Shown here piece by piece: positions 20,862 to 33,900 of a DNA stretch of 33,900 nt (position 1 is the first letter of the stretch; each line of letters begins with the position of its first letter). The stretch is from Intoshia linei (Eukaryota > Animalia > Orthonectida). The position numbers and the translations under genes were made by a program. Below the pieces are notes generated by a model. That model saw nothing but the letters and a program-made list of their open reading frames with translations. It was not told where the DNA came from and did not search any database. The stretch is taken from the NCBI GenBank assembly GCA_001642005.1, contig LWCA01000283.1, forward strand, positions 1 through 33,900. Direction: 5' to 3'.

Positions 20862-23100
20862 TCAATTTGTTCTGCAGCAACTTTTTACTTTTGAATTGGA
20901 TTTCGAAAGTTCTATACCACTTTTTGCAATGGTGTAGTTTTGTTTTGATACCAATAATCTAAATAAAATGAGAGTGTGAAAAATAAATTTACTTGGTGAG
21001 TGATTTGATTGAAGATACTACATTGGTTCCATCGAGACAACTTACTTCATAGAATGCTATTTCATATTCCTTAACTTTGAAAATATATATAAAAAGTATT
21101 TACTTGCGACAAAGCATGTCCGTCTTCAAAAGACAAACAGGAATTGGTTGTTTCTCGTAAATCTGTTTTGTTGGCCAGTAGTAGAATGCTGGTATCTGGT
21201 TCATTCACATTATCCTAAACTGGAGTTGCATAAATTTAAAAGTATAAACGTTAATTGTTTGAATCCATGATCTCACATTGTGATAAGATGCAACATTAGA
21301 TATATCGTACATGCATATTACAGCATCTGCCTTGCGATAAAAAGCAGACGTAATGCAACGAAATCTATAATAAAATGTAAAATTTTATTTTTATAAAACC
21401 GTTCTTGTCCAGCTGTGTCCCAAATCTATAAAATATAAGAAAAAATTGAAGATTTAACAAACCTGTAAAGATACTATTTTGTTGTCAACATTTAAAGTTT
21501 TTGTATAAAAATCTACTCCTACGAATAACTTATAAATATGCTAAAATTAACTACCCAATGTAGAAGTGACGTTTTTGAGATATTCATTTTTGCAAAGTTT
21601 TACCACAAAAGATGTTTTTCCAACACAAGAATCACCTAATATGATTAACTTAAATATTGCATCAGGTTCAACTATCTGTTTAATTATATATAAATAAATA
21701 ATAATCGTTATACAGTAGGGTAGCAGCTTTTACCAAAACTTTTATGATATTCAGAACATCGATTTGAGTTTGAGTTTGTTTTTGATAGGGTACAAGAATA
21801 CTTCCTATTGGTAATTTTTTTATAATTCTCTATTGACCCTTCAATAGATCGGTCTGAAATACTATTTATATCAATTTCTGAATTATTCTTATGTACTATT
21901 TTCTCCAGTTGCGTATCAGATCTGTATTGTATAATTTCTTTGTAGTATAAATAAAAATATATATACCTTTCCAAAATTTCAGAATGGGCGCCAATATCGA
22001 AATTTCTACTATAGATAAAAACAAAAATAACATAGGCCTACGTTAAGCTATAACTTTTTTTTCTGTTTGTATAAGCAAAATTGGTTACTTTCAGTGAATT
22101 GTAAACATCCATTTTTGTATTTAATAATGTATTTTCAATTTCGTATTTTCTGTTATTATCTTTTTCCAGCTCATAACATTTTTGTAGAATATCATAATCC
22201 TGATTACTGAAATATATATACACATAAAAAATATAAACGTTTTGTAGGTCTGTAAGTTTATTATCATAATCATTCATTCTTTTTGCAGTCAATTTAAATT
22301 CTTGACTATATTCTTTAATCACCTTTTCACGTTCCTACATTAAACATTACATAATAGATAATAAATAATTTTACATCTTTTCTACTTTCTACATCAATTT
22401 TTTTAATATCTTTTTCCATATCACTTTCCAAATTCCGTAAATATTGATCATTGTTAACTTTTTCTCGTTTTAGTAAATCATCATATCTTAATATATCTTT
22501 TTCAAGAACTTTGATATCCTTAAAAAAGGTATTTACCATATTTTTAAAAGAGTGCAGTAATTCAGGCATTATAAAAATTTCATCACTGTTATTATCATAC
22601 TTTGTAGAAATTAGGGTGAGCATTTTGTAAACATCATTGACTTCATTTACACTACATGAAATGTATACAACGTAACAATAATCTTACCAAGTAATATTTG
22701 AATTATTATGAGAAACATTAATTAAATTTTCAGTGGTTGTATTACCAAATTTATTTGTTAACAATTGACTATATTTTATTCTTGGATTCAAATCTGTAGA
22801 TGTAGTACGATTAATTTTGGAAAAATGGGATTCACTTGAATCCCCCATAAAAATTTCAAATTTTGATTTCATGGCAGATTTAGATATTAATCCAGGAGTA
22901 TCACTATCTGCCAAAGCGGCCATAATTTTATTCAATAATGATTTGTCCAAATTATGTTCGATAAGTACATTTTTCAATTCATTTCGGTCAATGTAGCCAG
23001 AATTGTCAACATCATACTTTGAAAAAAAGGAATCCAAGTTTAACTTTTTGGTTTTTTCATTTGACGAATCATAACTTATCCGACGATTTAAATCAGACAT
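20862..23100 (-). CDS. RASEF: Large Rab GTPase with EF-hands and coiled coil (RASEF/Rab45 or CRACR2A/Rab46 family), multi-exon
   Basis: N-terminal EF-hand DVDNSGYIDRNE; coiled-coil exons; spliced Rab domain with FKLIILGDSCVGKT, STLGVDF, QIWDTAGQERFRCIT, FYRKAD, ANKTD and EVSC; C-terminal SCCRTN prenylation motif; TGA at 20864-20862. The paralogue assignment is uncertain. Confidence 0.88.
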
Positions 23101-23931
23101 TTTTATTTATATAATTGAACATGTGTGATCAAATGCAATAACGATTCTTAGATTTATCTAATTTTTCAAAACTAGATTACACTTGAAATTGACTATATCA
23201 CGTTAATCTTTTGAGTTAATTAGAGCTTGAAAAGCAAGCTGTTCTGAAATTTAGTATCTTTAATAAAATAAATTGTACCATTAAACTGTAAATTGATGTA
23301 ACTATTTAAGTAAGCAACAAAAATAATTCTAAATATCCTGTACTAATTAACAATAATTAAAAAATAATTAATTTTTTCTTTTTTAGATTATTTTTCGCTA
23401 GAAAATATTCTATATCATTATACAAAAATTTTAATTCATATTTAACGTGACTATACAGCAATTTAGTTGGAATGATTTAATTACTAATAAAAAATAATGT
23501 AATGAGAATTAAATATAATGCCAAATACATAACCGGTAGACATACAAGTGCTGGGTAAATGCAAAAGTATAATAAATACCAAACAAAGACTCTTTGTCAA
23601 AGAGTATATGAAAGAATATTAAAAAATATGCAACATACATGTAGATAATTATCAATGTAAATAATACATATTTCATTATAATGAAATAATAATAATTAAT
23701 CTTATCGTAAGAATTAACAAATAAATAGAGTAGTACTACAATACAAAATTATATTGTAATAGAAATATATATTTAACCTATTTATGTACAACATTAAAAT
23801 ATTAAGTAATTGAATAAAATGTCAGTAATATCATTTATCATGAAAGAATTATACATACTAGGACCTAGTTTTAATATTATACATGTAGTTTACAATAATT
23901 TATAAACCGGGTGAACGCGAGATTCTTATCA

Positions 23932-24125
23932 TCCTAACTTATATAATATGCTACGCTATTTTTGTTTGTGTGTCTGTGTGTGTGACTTTATTGAAAAAAC
24001 TACCACTCTTAAATTTTTTTTAAGACCATTTCAATTACAGTTTTTCAGGGACGTATAATAAGATAAATTTCAATTTTCCAATTTCACATCTTACGGGTCA
24101 AAAACCCCAGTTGTCCCTCTTTTTG
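23932..24125 (+). mobile_element. Helitron-like 5' fragment, same family as the 4315 copy
   Basis: A|TC start; 47/50 identity to 4315-4364; downstream blocks shared with the 5543-5335 copy. Right boundary unknown. Confidence 0.6.
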
Positions 24126-24644
24126 AAAATCAAACGAGTTGGAGAATTTAAAAAGATATTATAATATAATCACCATTTTATGTCAAAATGGAAAGTTTCG
24201 AAACAACTACAATTCTAGAGAAACCCAGAGAAAAAAAATTAAGAACGGTGGAATATTGACATAAACACCACTATCGTAATGGATTGTATACTATGGTCAT
24301 TATTCGACCTGTATAATTAAATGCAAACCATATTTAAATACTTGCATCATATTCTTGGAATTTTAATTGAATTCCTGACATGTTTAAAACTATAAGACTA
24401 TAGTTTAGAATTTATTATGGACTATTGAATTATTATTAATTATAATTAAAATTAAGCAAAAAATTTTAAATCTAATTTTGGATATTATAAAAATTTATGA
24501 TATAGTAAAAATCCCATTTAATAGAATTTTTAGAATTTGAAAAATGATTTCTTGTCAAAGTTAAATTTTACTTTTTCTAATAATATTTTTATTTCACTTT
24601 GCGCATCTAATTTTTTTTGCTTTTTTTAAAATAGATATTATAAT

Positions 24645-24675
24645 CGCTTGACTTGGCCCAGGTTGAGAATGCCTG
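24645..24675. mobile_element. Solitary hAT-type terminal repeat
   Basis: GGTTGAGAATGCCTG, reverse complement CAGGCATTCTCAACC, resembling the Charlie/MER5 end CAGTGGTTCTCAACC. No partner end found. Confidence 0.4.
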
Positions 24676-24873
24676 GCCTACCCCATTAGTTAAAAGATAT
24701 ATCAAAAATATCATCGAAGCAATCAAAGGGAGTTTGATACAATGTACAATGTAATAAATATGCTAATGTATATTATACATGTAAAATTTGTAAAATTTAA
24801 TTGTCAAAACTCCAATTGTAATAGTTATAATTATAAGGCGTTCTATATTTTATATTATTGTATTATTTTAGGA

Positions 24874-25887
24874 CAGCCATTTCAATTATCGGCCGATTTC
24901 AAATTTAAGTGCAGCCTGGCGTATATGTATATGTTTATAATTATATAAATTATTAAATATTCCAAAAGGAATTGTTTATCGTCACTATCACATTTAAACT
25001 GCACGCAGGTGACATTAAGTTATATAATTAAGTAAGTAAAATTATAGTGTTATCATTCGAACATTAATTTAAAAAAATCAATCTTGCACATGTATAAAAA
25101 ACCAAACAAAAATATTTATTTCCAATTGTATTTTATGGCTTGTATTTATAGCGTCAGTATTTTAATCCGTAAACTGTCAGTATTTTAAATAGTTTGTCAT
25201 TCAAAATATTAAATTGTAAGTATTTTTTTTGAATTTATTATACTTTACAATTTTTGTTGAAAATACTGAAAAATAAAATAGTATTTGTATTTTTATATGG
25301 ACTATTTCATGATAGTAAATATTATTTACTGAATAATGTCAAAAGAAACCATGTTAACCTGACATAAAATATATTAAAAGCCTTTATTTATAAATTATTT
25401 ATATAAAAAAATAGAACAAACCTCATATTTCTAGTTGACTATTTAACTCAGTAATTCTCAAATTTTTTTGACAGTGAACCACTCATAAAATAAAAATTTT
25501 TCGATACAGTAATAAGCTGTGATTAATAACACGTTAGTAGGATATCATTAAAAAAATAATTTTTTTAATCTGCAATAGAGATTCTGTATGAATTTATTAA
25601 CTCTAATAATTATTGTCGTTTAACAAAATATAGAATTCTTTCTATAAAAACTTTTGATAACTCCAAAAGCATAAATTTATTAAATTGTTAAAAAATTGTG
25701 TGTTAATAAACATATTTATCAATAAATCATACATCTTTATTGTAGTTAATTTATAATGTTCATTATTATCTGGTTTGAAGTCAATTTCCAATATAAATTG
25801 TGTATTATAATATAATGGTTTCCTGAAAATAATGCTAGCGAATATTTTACGATGGGGCCCGCCACGTATTTGAGTTTGACATGGCTG
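24874..25887. mobile_element. Old non-autonomous hAT element, about 1.0 kb
   Basis: Left end CAGCCATTTCAA versus reverse complement of the right end CAGCCATGTCAA (11/12). Flanks TTTTAGGA and TTCTAAGT match 5/8 (eroded TSD). GC-rich subterminal GGCC motifs at both ends. Confidence 0.55.
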
Positions 25888-26545
25888 TTCTAAGTAGTTA
25901 TAATATTTGTCTGTTATTGAGTTCTACAATTATGTAAGTTTTTAGTACACGTATTTTTTGGTGATATACGATGTAATAAAGCCAGATATTTTGTGAGTTC
26001 TACTATTTTAGAGAAATTAAGATTATTCATTTTGTTGCTTTATATTTTATATACAATTGAATATAATAAAATGTAGAATAGTTTACATAATCAAAAAAAT
26101 CTAATTAATTTCATATATTTATTTAAATAAATAATATAATATGACACAAATATATTGATATTGTTTTGAAGATGAATCGATTTTATTAACTGTATTTAAT
26201 GTAAAAGAATGAATCATGTATTGGTTCATATACTAACTTACATAATAATCTACGTGTTTTATATACAAATTTTTTATATAAAAAAATATAGTTTATGCCT
26301 ATATTATACTGTGTATAGTATACACATTTTTATCGAAGAAATAAAATATATGTAATATCAATAATGTAAAGGTCAAAATCAATTTTATAAATAAGCCAGA
26401 ATAACTTACTAACCTATATAATATCCATAGAAAAACTAAAATACATGTAAAATTATATATTAAATTAGAAAAAACAGATAACGAGAATAAACTATTCTAT
26501 ATAGAGAATACTAGATGTAACTCTATGATTAATTAATCTATTTAA

Positions 26546-29228
26546 ATGGAAAAATTAACAATACACCAAGAACATTGCCAAAATTGCATAGAATTGAACT
26601 GTTACTACACTAATAGATGTCCGCTCGTGAATTGTACAAATTTCTGCGGAATGAAGTATCACAAGTGTAAAGAAAATGACCATCACTATGTCTGTATATA
26701 TGAATATACACCATGTTTGAATCAGCAATATGGGTGCCCATTTAAGATGAAAAGATTATATATCAGTAAACATCTTAATATATGTCCTGCCAATTTGATT
26801 GTATGCACTATGGAGTGGAATCGGAGAAGTACAATTTCAATGAAGAAGGAATCCAATATATTCAATAAATACAATTATAATGTCATCGATAATAAAAATA
26901 TGTTATCTGTAATCTATCGTAACATCAAGTTACATAATACTTTCAACAAATTTTACACCACCCATAGCCATATTTCAGAAAACTTTCGAAAAAAAATCAT
27001 CAATTTAAATGAGCTCATTAAAAATAATGCTTGCAATAAACCAAAAACAAAAATGAAAGTAACAAATAACATTAATATTGATAATGGTGATGATGAGGGT
27101 ATAGTTACAAAAAATAAGAATGCATCATACAATATTTCAAAATTAACAGAATCTATGCAAAAAATTGTAGCTAAAAATGAAATTGAAATAGATTTACAAT
27201 TTCTCAAACACGATCAGTCAACATTGAATCAAATCAGCAACTTAAAATCAAATGATATAAATAAATACTGTGATAAAATTAATAAATACTTACCGGCACT
27301 TCCCATACCAATGGAAAAATTCATTAAAGTTAATAAGGGACATACGTATAATGAAATAAATTCGTGGTACATGGAAAATATTATTAAATTAATGGCTCAT
27401 TCGAGCTACATACCTTGGTTTAGTAATCGTGGTAATGAATTTACCAAATTCTACAATGTTGTACCATCCTTGAAACCAATAGAATATAGAAATGTTTATG
27501 AAATAACTATGCTAGATCGACCAAATCCATATTTATTATCTACTACTGTACACTATTTATCAAAATCACAAGTAAAGCCTAGTAATATATGTACCTTTCT
27601 GTGTAATAAGGTATATAGAAGAGACGAAATACAACAACATTTGAAATTATATCACTTGGACATGCACACACAAGCAGACGGTTGGCTAATCGCTCGCTGT
27701 CCAATGGCGTGTTATGGTTGTAAATTCAGTTTGCAGCGGTTTAAACCATTTAATGAATATTCCATGGTTGGATATGATGAATATTTTAATATGCCAATAA
27801 TAAAATATGATTATCCTTACAACAGTATTGTCAACAAATCAAACTTATTTTTGGATCAATTGGATCTGCAAATATTGACTAATATATTAAATAAATTAGA
27901 TACAATTTCATTGATGAACTTATCTTTGGTTTCTAAAAAGCTGAATAACGCCGCTAATTATTTAAAGCTGGAAAGAGGTATGGTTACATTTAAATGGATC
28001 AAAAATATTTTCAACACCAAAGTCAAAGATGAAATTACTCAAGACATTGAAGATAACACATCAAAATACCGAAGATCTCGATGGACTAAAACAGGATATG
28101 TAATATTATGTTTAGGTTATAAAAAAATAAATGAAGTAATGATTGTATAGAAATGAATCTTAAGTAATCATTCAAGTCATGTATGATAATCATAATATTC
28201 TAATATATTAAAAAATACATTTAAAACACAATTCACTAATGAGATCCTACTTATTTGCAATGGAGTTAGTATAATATGTATAATAAATAAGTTAGTTTTA
28301 ATTAAATTGAAAAGTACAATTTTGATATGATCAATTATTAATTTAATTTTAATTTTATTAACATATACATATTACTTATCTATATTATATGTACTTGAAA
28401 TCATAAATTTTTGTGGAGATTCAGTTTGAGAAATTGATAATAATACATTCAAGTTCATATATATTGTACTGTCATCATATATATGTATTGTAGTATAGGG
28501 CATATATTGCACAAATCATACACTTATACGTATTAGCCAGTAATACATATATGGCAGAGTCTATACCAGGGGTGTCAATTATGAGACCCGCGCGTCCATT
28601 TGCGGTCCCCAATTGTGGAATCTGCAGTCCGCGTTATAATATAAATTTTTATTTTTATAACAATTTTTTTTGCACATATTTGTTTTTTTAGATTTTTCAT
28701 GATTTATTTGTTCATGATTACAATTTTAACATTATTGGTACACTTATTCTATCATTATTGTTTCTTATTTCATTATATTAATTAAAACCGTTATTTTTAA
28801 CATAATTTTTTGACTAAAGATTTTTGTGTGGCCGCCTGATATTTTTTTACATTTAGCCCGTCAAGCAAATGGAGTCTGACACCTTGGTCTATACTGAGTA
28901 GTATTTATAATTTATTAAGTTAATATAAAACTTTTAAAATATAAACTTTGTAACAGTTAGCTCATTTAAATAGTAAAGTATTGCAATTAATGCTACTCAT
29001 TGTAAATTAAAATCTGTAATACATACATGTATATATGTAATAATAATTATACAATATATTTTTGTTTAGAAATGGTGCTACAGTAAATCAATTTCAAAAA
29101 ACAATGTTAAATGGAAATATATAAATGTCTCAGGATATATCCACAATCACTTAAAAGTATGCAAATACTATCACACTTCCAACATTTATAAAAACATAAA
29201 ACCCCTTAAAATTTTACCAATGCTATAA
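26546..29228 (+). CDS. FBXO30: F-box only protein 30/40 family (TRAF-type zinc finger plus F-box), about 570 aa, 2 exons
   Basis: HQEHCQNC, CGMKYHKCKENDHHYVC, PCLNQQYGCP, CPANLIVCTMEWNR; TFLCNKVYRRDE, HLDMHTQADGWLIARCPMACYGC; F-box LDQLDLQILTNILNKLD, LERGMVTFKW. Exon 26546-28099 splices (intron 28100-29069) to exon 29070-29228, KWCYSKSIS...HNHLKVC...PML*. Confidence 0.9.
28567..28886. mobile_element. hAT (Charlie-type) MITE, 320 bp, with 8-bp target-site duplication
   Basis: Ends CAGGGGTGTCA and TGACACCTTG; identical flanks GTCTATAC at 28559-28566 and 28887-28894. Confidence 0.9.
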
Positions 29229-29439
29229 TTTGTATATTAAAAAACTAATCATAATTGTTATGTATAACATTATATCTTATCGTAATATTTGATATATTAT
29301 GCCTAAAATCTATCATTATTATAATAATAATTATATAACTTGAACATGAGTAACGATATATAAATTCAATTTGAACCTTTGAATTCATCCATTTTAATTA
29401 TATTAATTCATAATAGCAATACATCTAAAGTACTTAATG

Positions 29440-29490
29440 CTGGGGTCGGCAACCAGTGTCACAAATAATAATTTTAGTGGTCCTTTAGGT
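29440..29490 (+). mobile_element. Solitary hAT-type terminal remnant
   Basis: CTGGGGTCGGCAACC resembles the common hAT end CAGGGGTCGGCAACC. No partner end seen. Confidence 0.4.
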
Positions 29491-30845
29491 AAATATGTAA
29501 ATTATTTATTTTTAAATTTTTATTAATCAATATATACATAACAATAAACGATGTGTAGTATCAACATCAAAAATAATATTAAGGTAAAAAAATTTGTATG
29601 TCTACATTTAATTTTGTTTAGGTTAATAATGTATGATAATTATCATTACAATAAATATGACAATAAAATACCGGGTTATACAGTTTAGATTCTACACAAT
29701 AAAGTATACATGGTTTTGCCTAATTAAAATTTTTCCAAAGATGTTGCACTGTGTAATTAATCAATAACAATTATAATATTAATAATTTTTAAAATAATTA
29801 TGCACAAAATTAAATTATTAAAAATAAAAGAAAGCATTTTAATTAACTCAGTTATTCGTTTTCACTATTGAAAAACATTCGAAAAACTTATGCATCGTTT
29901 TGAACATAATAAAATAGATAAAGCTTCATTAAGTAGATAATGGATACGATACAGCACAAACAACTACCAGCATTGACAAAAAATCATGTTATGATTCATG
30001 AAAGATTGTTAATTTATCGGTTCATTTGTTGCATATATTCTGTAGTTAAAAATACCTTAAAAATTACACCACTCAACGATAATATTTAGAAAATTATTTA
30101 CGAATTTAGTTATTCATTAATTAACGTTAATTAGTTAAGAAATTTAGAAAAAACTTAGTAAAATACAAAAAATGTTTTGAAAGTATACCTATATTCCTCC
30201 ATATATTAGATTAAAAGTTAATTTTAAGCATAAAAGTCATAATTTAATAAAGACATACATTCAATTAAATAATATCAATTCATGCGAATTACTTTATCGT
30301 CATTTATACATTGAATCAATTCTGTAAAATATGTAAAAACAATGATTACCAACATAATCATTAGGTTAATATTAAAACAATACATAATTAACTGATTCTA
30401 TCCTATTTGATGCATCCTATTGTGGCGTTCTACTTTAATAGTTTTGTATTGAACGAAAATGTACTATCTTTAATAATAATACTTTTGTTGTTTAATGATA
30501 TGTGTAGATTAAAATTTTTATACTAAGTTTAATGATGAATACATGTCGTTCCACATAATTAAAGATAAAAAAAACCTAATCAATTTAAAACAAAATTTCT
30601 GTCTAAATTACACAATGTGTAATACACATATATTATAATTAAATTAAATATATTAAGAAATTTCTATTTAAAGTTATGCACAAACAAAATTAAAATGCAT
30701 ATATGTATATCTCATTTCAATTATTTTCCAAAGTGGATCATGTATTGTTAATCATATAGATAAGAATTTTTAGACTAACAAAATATAATTAAATATGCTT
30801 TATTGTTAGTAAACAATAATTTGATAGTTAAGAAAAATCAATAAC

Positions 30846-32927
30846 ATGAAACAGAAAAAATTTACCATTTATACACCCGAATATGGTGTAACCTTATGCG
30901 AACGAATATACAAACATTGTTTAATAAATAGTACAGATAAAATATGCATTATAGGAGATTGCGATTTTGTACAGGAATTAGCTGTTAAAATTTCATCAAC
31001 ATATACAATAATGACAAGAATGGATCTAGTTGAAATAAATGGATTACAAAAGAAATCAACTATATCAAATATCTCATTATATGATGTACCAAAATTTCTA
31101 AAATATATAAAAAATAAAGGTATTATGAAAAAGCTATATTTATAATGACGTAGTAAAGTATTTTCTGTAACAATAATCCATATTGATTTGTACAGGTGTC
31201 GAAAGTATGTATAATATGTTAAAAATTGAATTTATGAAAAATTACAACACAAAGGGTGAAACCAAAAAAAGTTTGGTGCTACCCGTATTTTAAATAATAA
31301 ATAAAGTCAAATCTTTTTACTGTTTACGATTCAAAAAGTTTCTATCAATAGTTTTTTTTCAATTATACCAAAACGTACTTAAGGTTTTTTAAGTTAACTT
31401 AACATGCGTATAAGATGTTGCAATTTACATTGTGATTATTGTATCCTAATGAAAATAAATAAATTATAATTTAGTAATCGATATCATAATAATGTAAAAT
31501 AACAATATATTAATAATTAAAATATATCTAATTTCCTAAATGAATTATTTTTTATATTTATGATGCATTTATATTTGGCAGAGTATAGCGTTTGTAATTC
31601 ATAAACAACTAGAAAATAATTAGATAAACACTATATTGATATTAATATTAATGCTATACGATTTTTTTGAACAATGGTGAATAATGTCACATATATGGAA
31701 TTACTAAGATGTAACAAGACTGACAATATTTTACTTTTAACGTAAATCAAATTTAGACAATTAATTTTTCATTATATATCCGGGCTTGTTAAAAAAATAG
31801 AAAATCAACTTTACCGATTAACGTATAAACTATTTGTAAAATAGATAATGTGTAATTCATTTGTAGTACACGTTATGAATATAATGCTATCATTACAAAA
31901 TATATAATAATTCTAAATCCGGTTTTACAAGGGCTCAACGACAGTATCGTTCGATTAGTAGGTCATTTATAAGTGTACCTTCAGACTTCGCTATCTTACA
32001 CATTAAATAATATGCTATATACATTTCAAATAGCTGAAATATATACACGTGAATTCTGACTAATTAAAATTGTAAACCCTTTAGGCATGATTTAAAATTC
32101 ACCGTAATTGTATTAATAATTAGAAACAAAAACGTAATGAAATTTAGCAACGTAAAATTAAAATATTTTTTTAAGTATCTCTTCGGATATTTCAATGATC
32201 CTAATTTGCGAAATTTTGCTGCCAAATATACCATATATAAAATTTATGAGAACAATAAAACTAATATTAATTTATATAGGAAAATATAGACTACAATATG
32301 ATTTAATAATAGTAATGTCAATAGATATTAATATAAAATGCAGCGAAAAACTCAACATGTATATGAATAAAAAAATGTATAATATATTTAAATTATAGAA
32401 AAAACTTAATACATTATGCATTGGAATATATGTCAACAGATGGAAATATGTTATGTATAACTAGACCTAATGATATAAACACATTAATTCCAACTATGAT
32501 TAGTATGTTTGGTAAATTATCGGATATTATATGTGATAATAAAAATTATAAAAAAAACATGAATAGTGAATCAATAATAAATGCATTTAATGAATACGTA
32601 TTATACCAATATGGTATAGAAACAATACCATTCAATATATCAAAAGAAAAATATTATAACATATGTTTAAATCAATACGATCATAATACAACATTAAACA
32701 GTCTAGAAAATCATATCTACAATGTAGAAATTAATAGAATCAAGTCAACCTGTATGCAGTATTTAAATGAAAACCAGAAAATAAAAATTACGGATACACT
32801 CTTATTTTTAACAATCAAAAAAAAAAATATAGTAGAAACCCAAAAACAAACTATATACACAACGAGAGAAAACTCAAACATTACGAAAAAAAAAAAAAAA
32901 AATTTTGTCACATTTTACTACCAATAA
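30846..32927 (+). CDS. Divergent class I SAM-dependent methyltransferase-like protein, 3 exons, about 293 aa
   Basis: Exons 30846-31119, 32280-32358 and 32399-32927 join in phase through GT-AG introns. Rossmann-like elements appear in the expected order: DKICIIGD, YDLIIVM, ALEYMSTDGNMLCITRP, and a terminal strand ITDTLLFLTIKK. The fold call is from motif pattern only. Confidence 0.55.
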
Positions 32928-33900
32928 AATAATATCTAATAAAAATAATATTTTGTATATAACTTTTTAATAAATATAAAGTAAATTAAATAATTTTAAA
33001 AACAATTTATACAGTGAATTTTAATCAGTAATTCCTAACGTTGCGGTAACGCCCATCTAGGGAATTTGAGTTATTTGCAGAAAGGTAAAAAAATTTTTAA
33101 CTTTTAATGGTGCTAGACTAAATTTGTTATTTTATTGTATAATGAATTTTTTATTTTATGTATTGACTTACTTTTAATAATTATTATAATTATAATGTTT
33201 TAACCTTTTGTGCTCTCTAAACACACACATGTTGAAAACCTATACTAACATCATATGGATAATTAGTTTATGTTAAAATTTTTATATAACGTATAATACA
33301 ATTTTACTCCACTAGATTACAAATAAAAAAAAATTTAGCAACCGCTAAATTATACAATAGACGGCAAAACCAAAGTTTGTTTAATTACGACATACCATTT
33401 TAATATAACGAGGCATTCTCTTTATTTTTTGATATCTACGGATTAGTCTCATAATTAATATATGAAAAATGAAAATTAGATTAACAATATTTGCTTATAA
33501 ATATTGTACAAGTCGAAAATAATTAAATGTCTATGAGTGTAACAATTTATTGATAAAACTAACAATCCGAATAATTTAAAAAAAAAATAGTAAATCGTTA
33601 TACACTGCAAAAATTATGATTTAAATACTACAATTGATATAATCAAACCCAAAACGTCAAATATATAATTGTTTTAAAATAAAAATATATTTAATTCTTA
33701 AAATATAAATTATTTCAAAATTATAAAGTTACAAATCCACGACAAAAAGCAAATTACTTTTAACTATTTTGTATCGTATTCTTAATATAAACTAGATATA
33801 GACCTTTACATAATGTATATTGTTACAACTAAAAAAATTTTTTAATGAGCAGTTTGGGAAACAATTTGAAGCAAAAGCAGTAGCAAGACAATTTTTTGTA

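Noticed and set aside
24742-24948. 68-aa ORF (also 2087-2275)
   Set aside because: Low-complexity AT-driven composition, overlapping transposon ends.
30114-30140. AT-rich palindrome TAATTAACGTTAATTA
   Set aside because: Expected by chance at this AT content.

Overview
AT-rich animal (metazoan) genomic DNA, not prokaryotic. Genes are split by GT-AG introns that are mostly only 31-44 nt long, so the ORF track fragments them. The AT richness, tiny introns and divergent bilaterian proteins suggest a compact parasite genome such as the orthonectid Intoshia; this is inference only. Manual splicing supports eight host genes: a BET-family bromodomain gene (5' part, runs off the left edge), RNA polymerase I subunit RPA2/POLR1B (1684-9610, about 1100 aa, first two exons absent from the ORF track), CFAP221/PCDP1, an IA-2/PTPRN pseudophosphatase, Ski/Sno, an EF-hand plus Rab GTPase (RASEF/CRACR2A type), FBXO30/40, and a degenerate class I methyltransferase-like gene. 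The few large introns and intergenic gaps hold decayed DNA transposons: an intron-containing Sola2-like transposase pseudogene, Tigger/pogo, hAT (one MITE with a perfect 8-bp TSD), Helitron-like repeats, and piggyBac and mariner ends. I found no convincing wholly new biological system. The best leads are the transposon nest in POLR1B intron 2, the Smad-site cluster and uORF upstream of Ski, the altered IA-2 active site, and the pseudo-methyltransferase.
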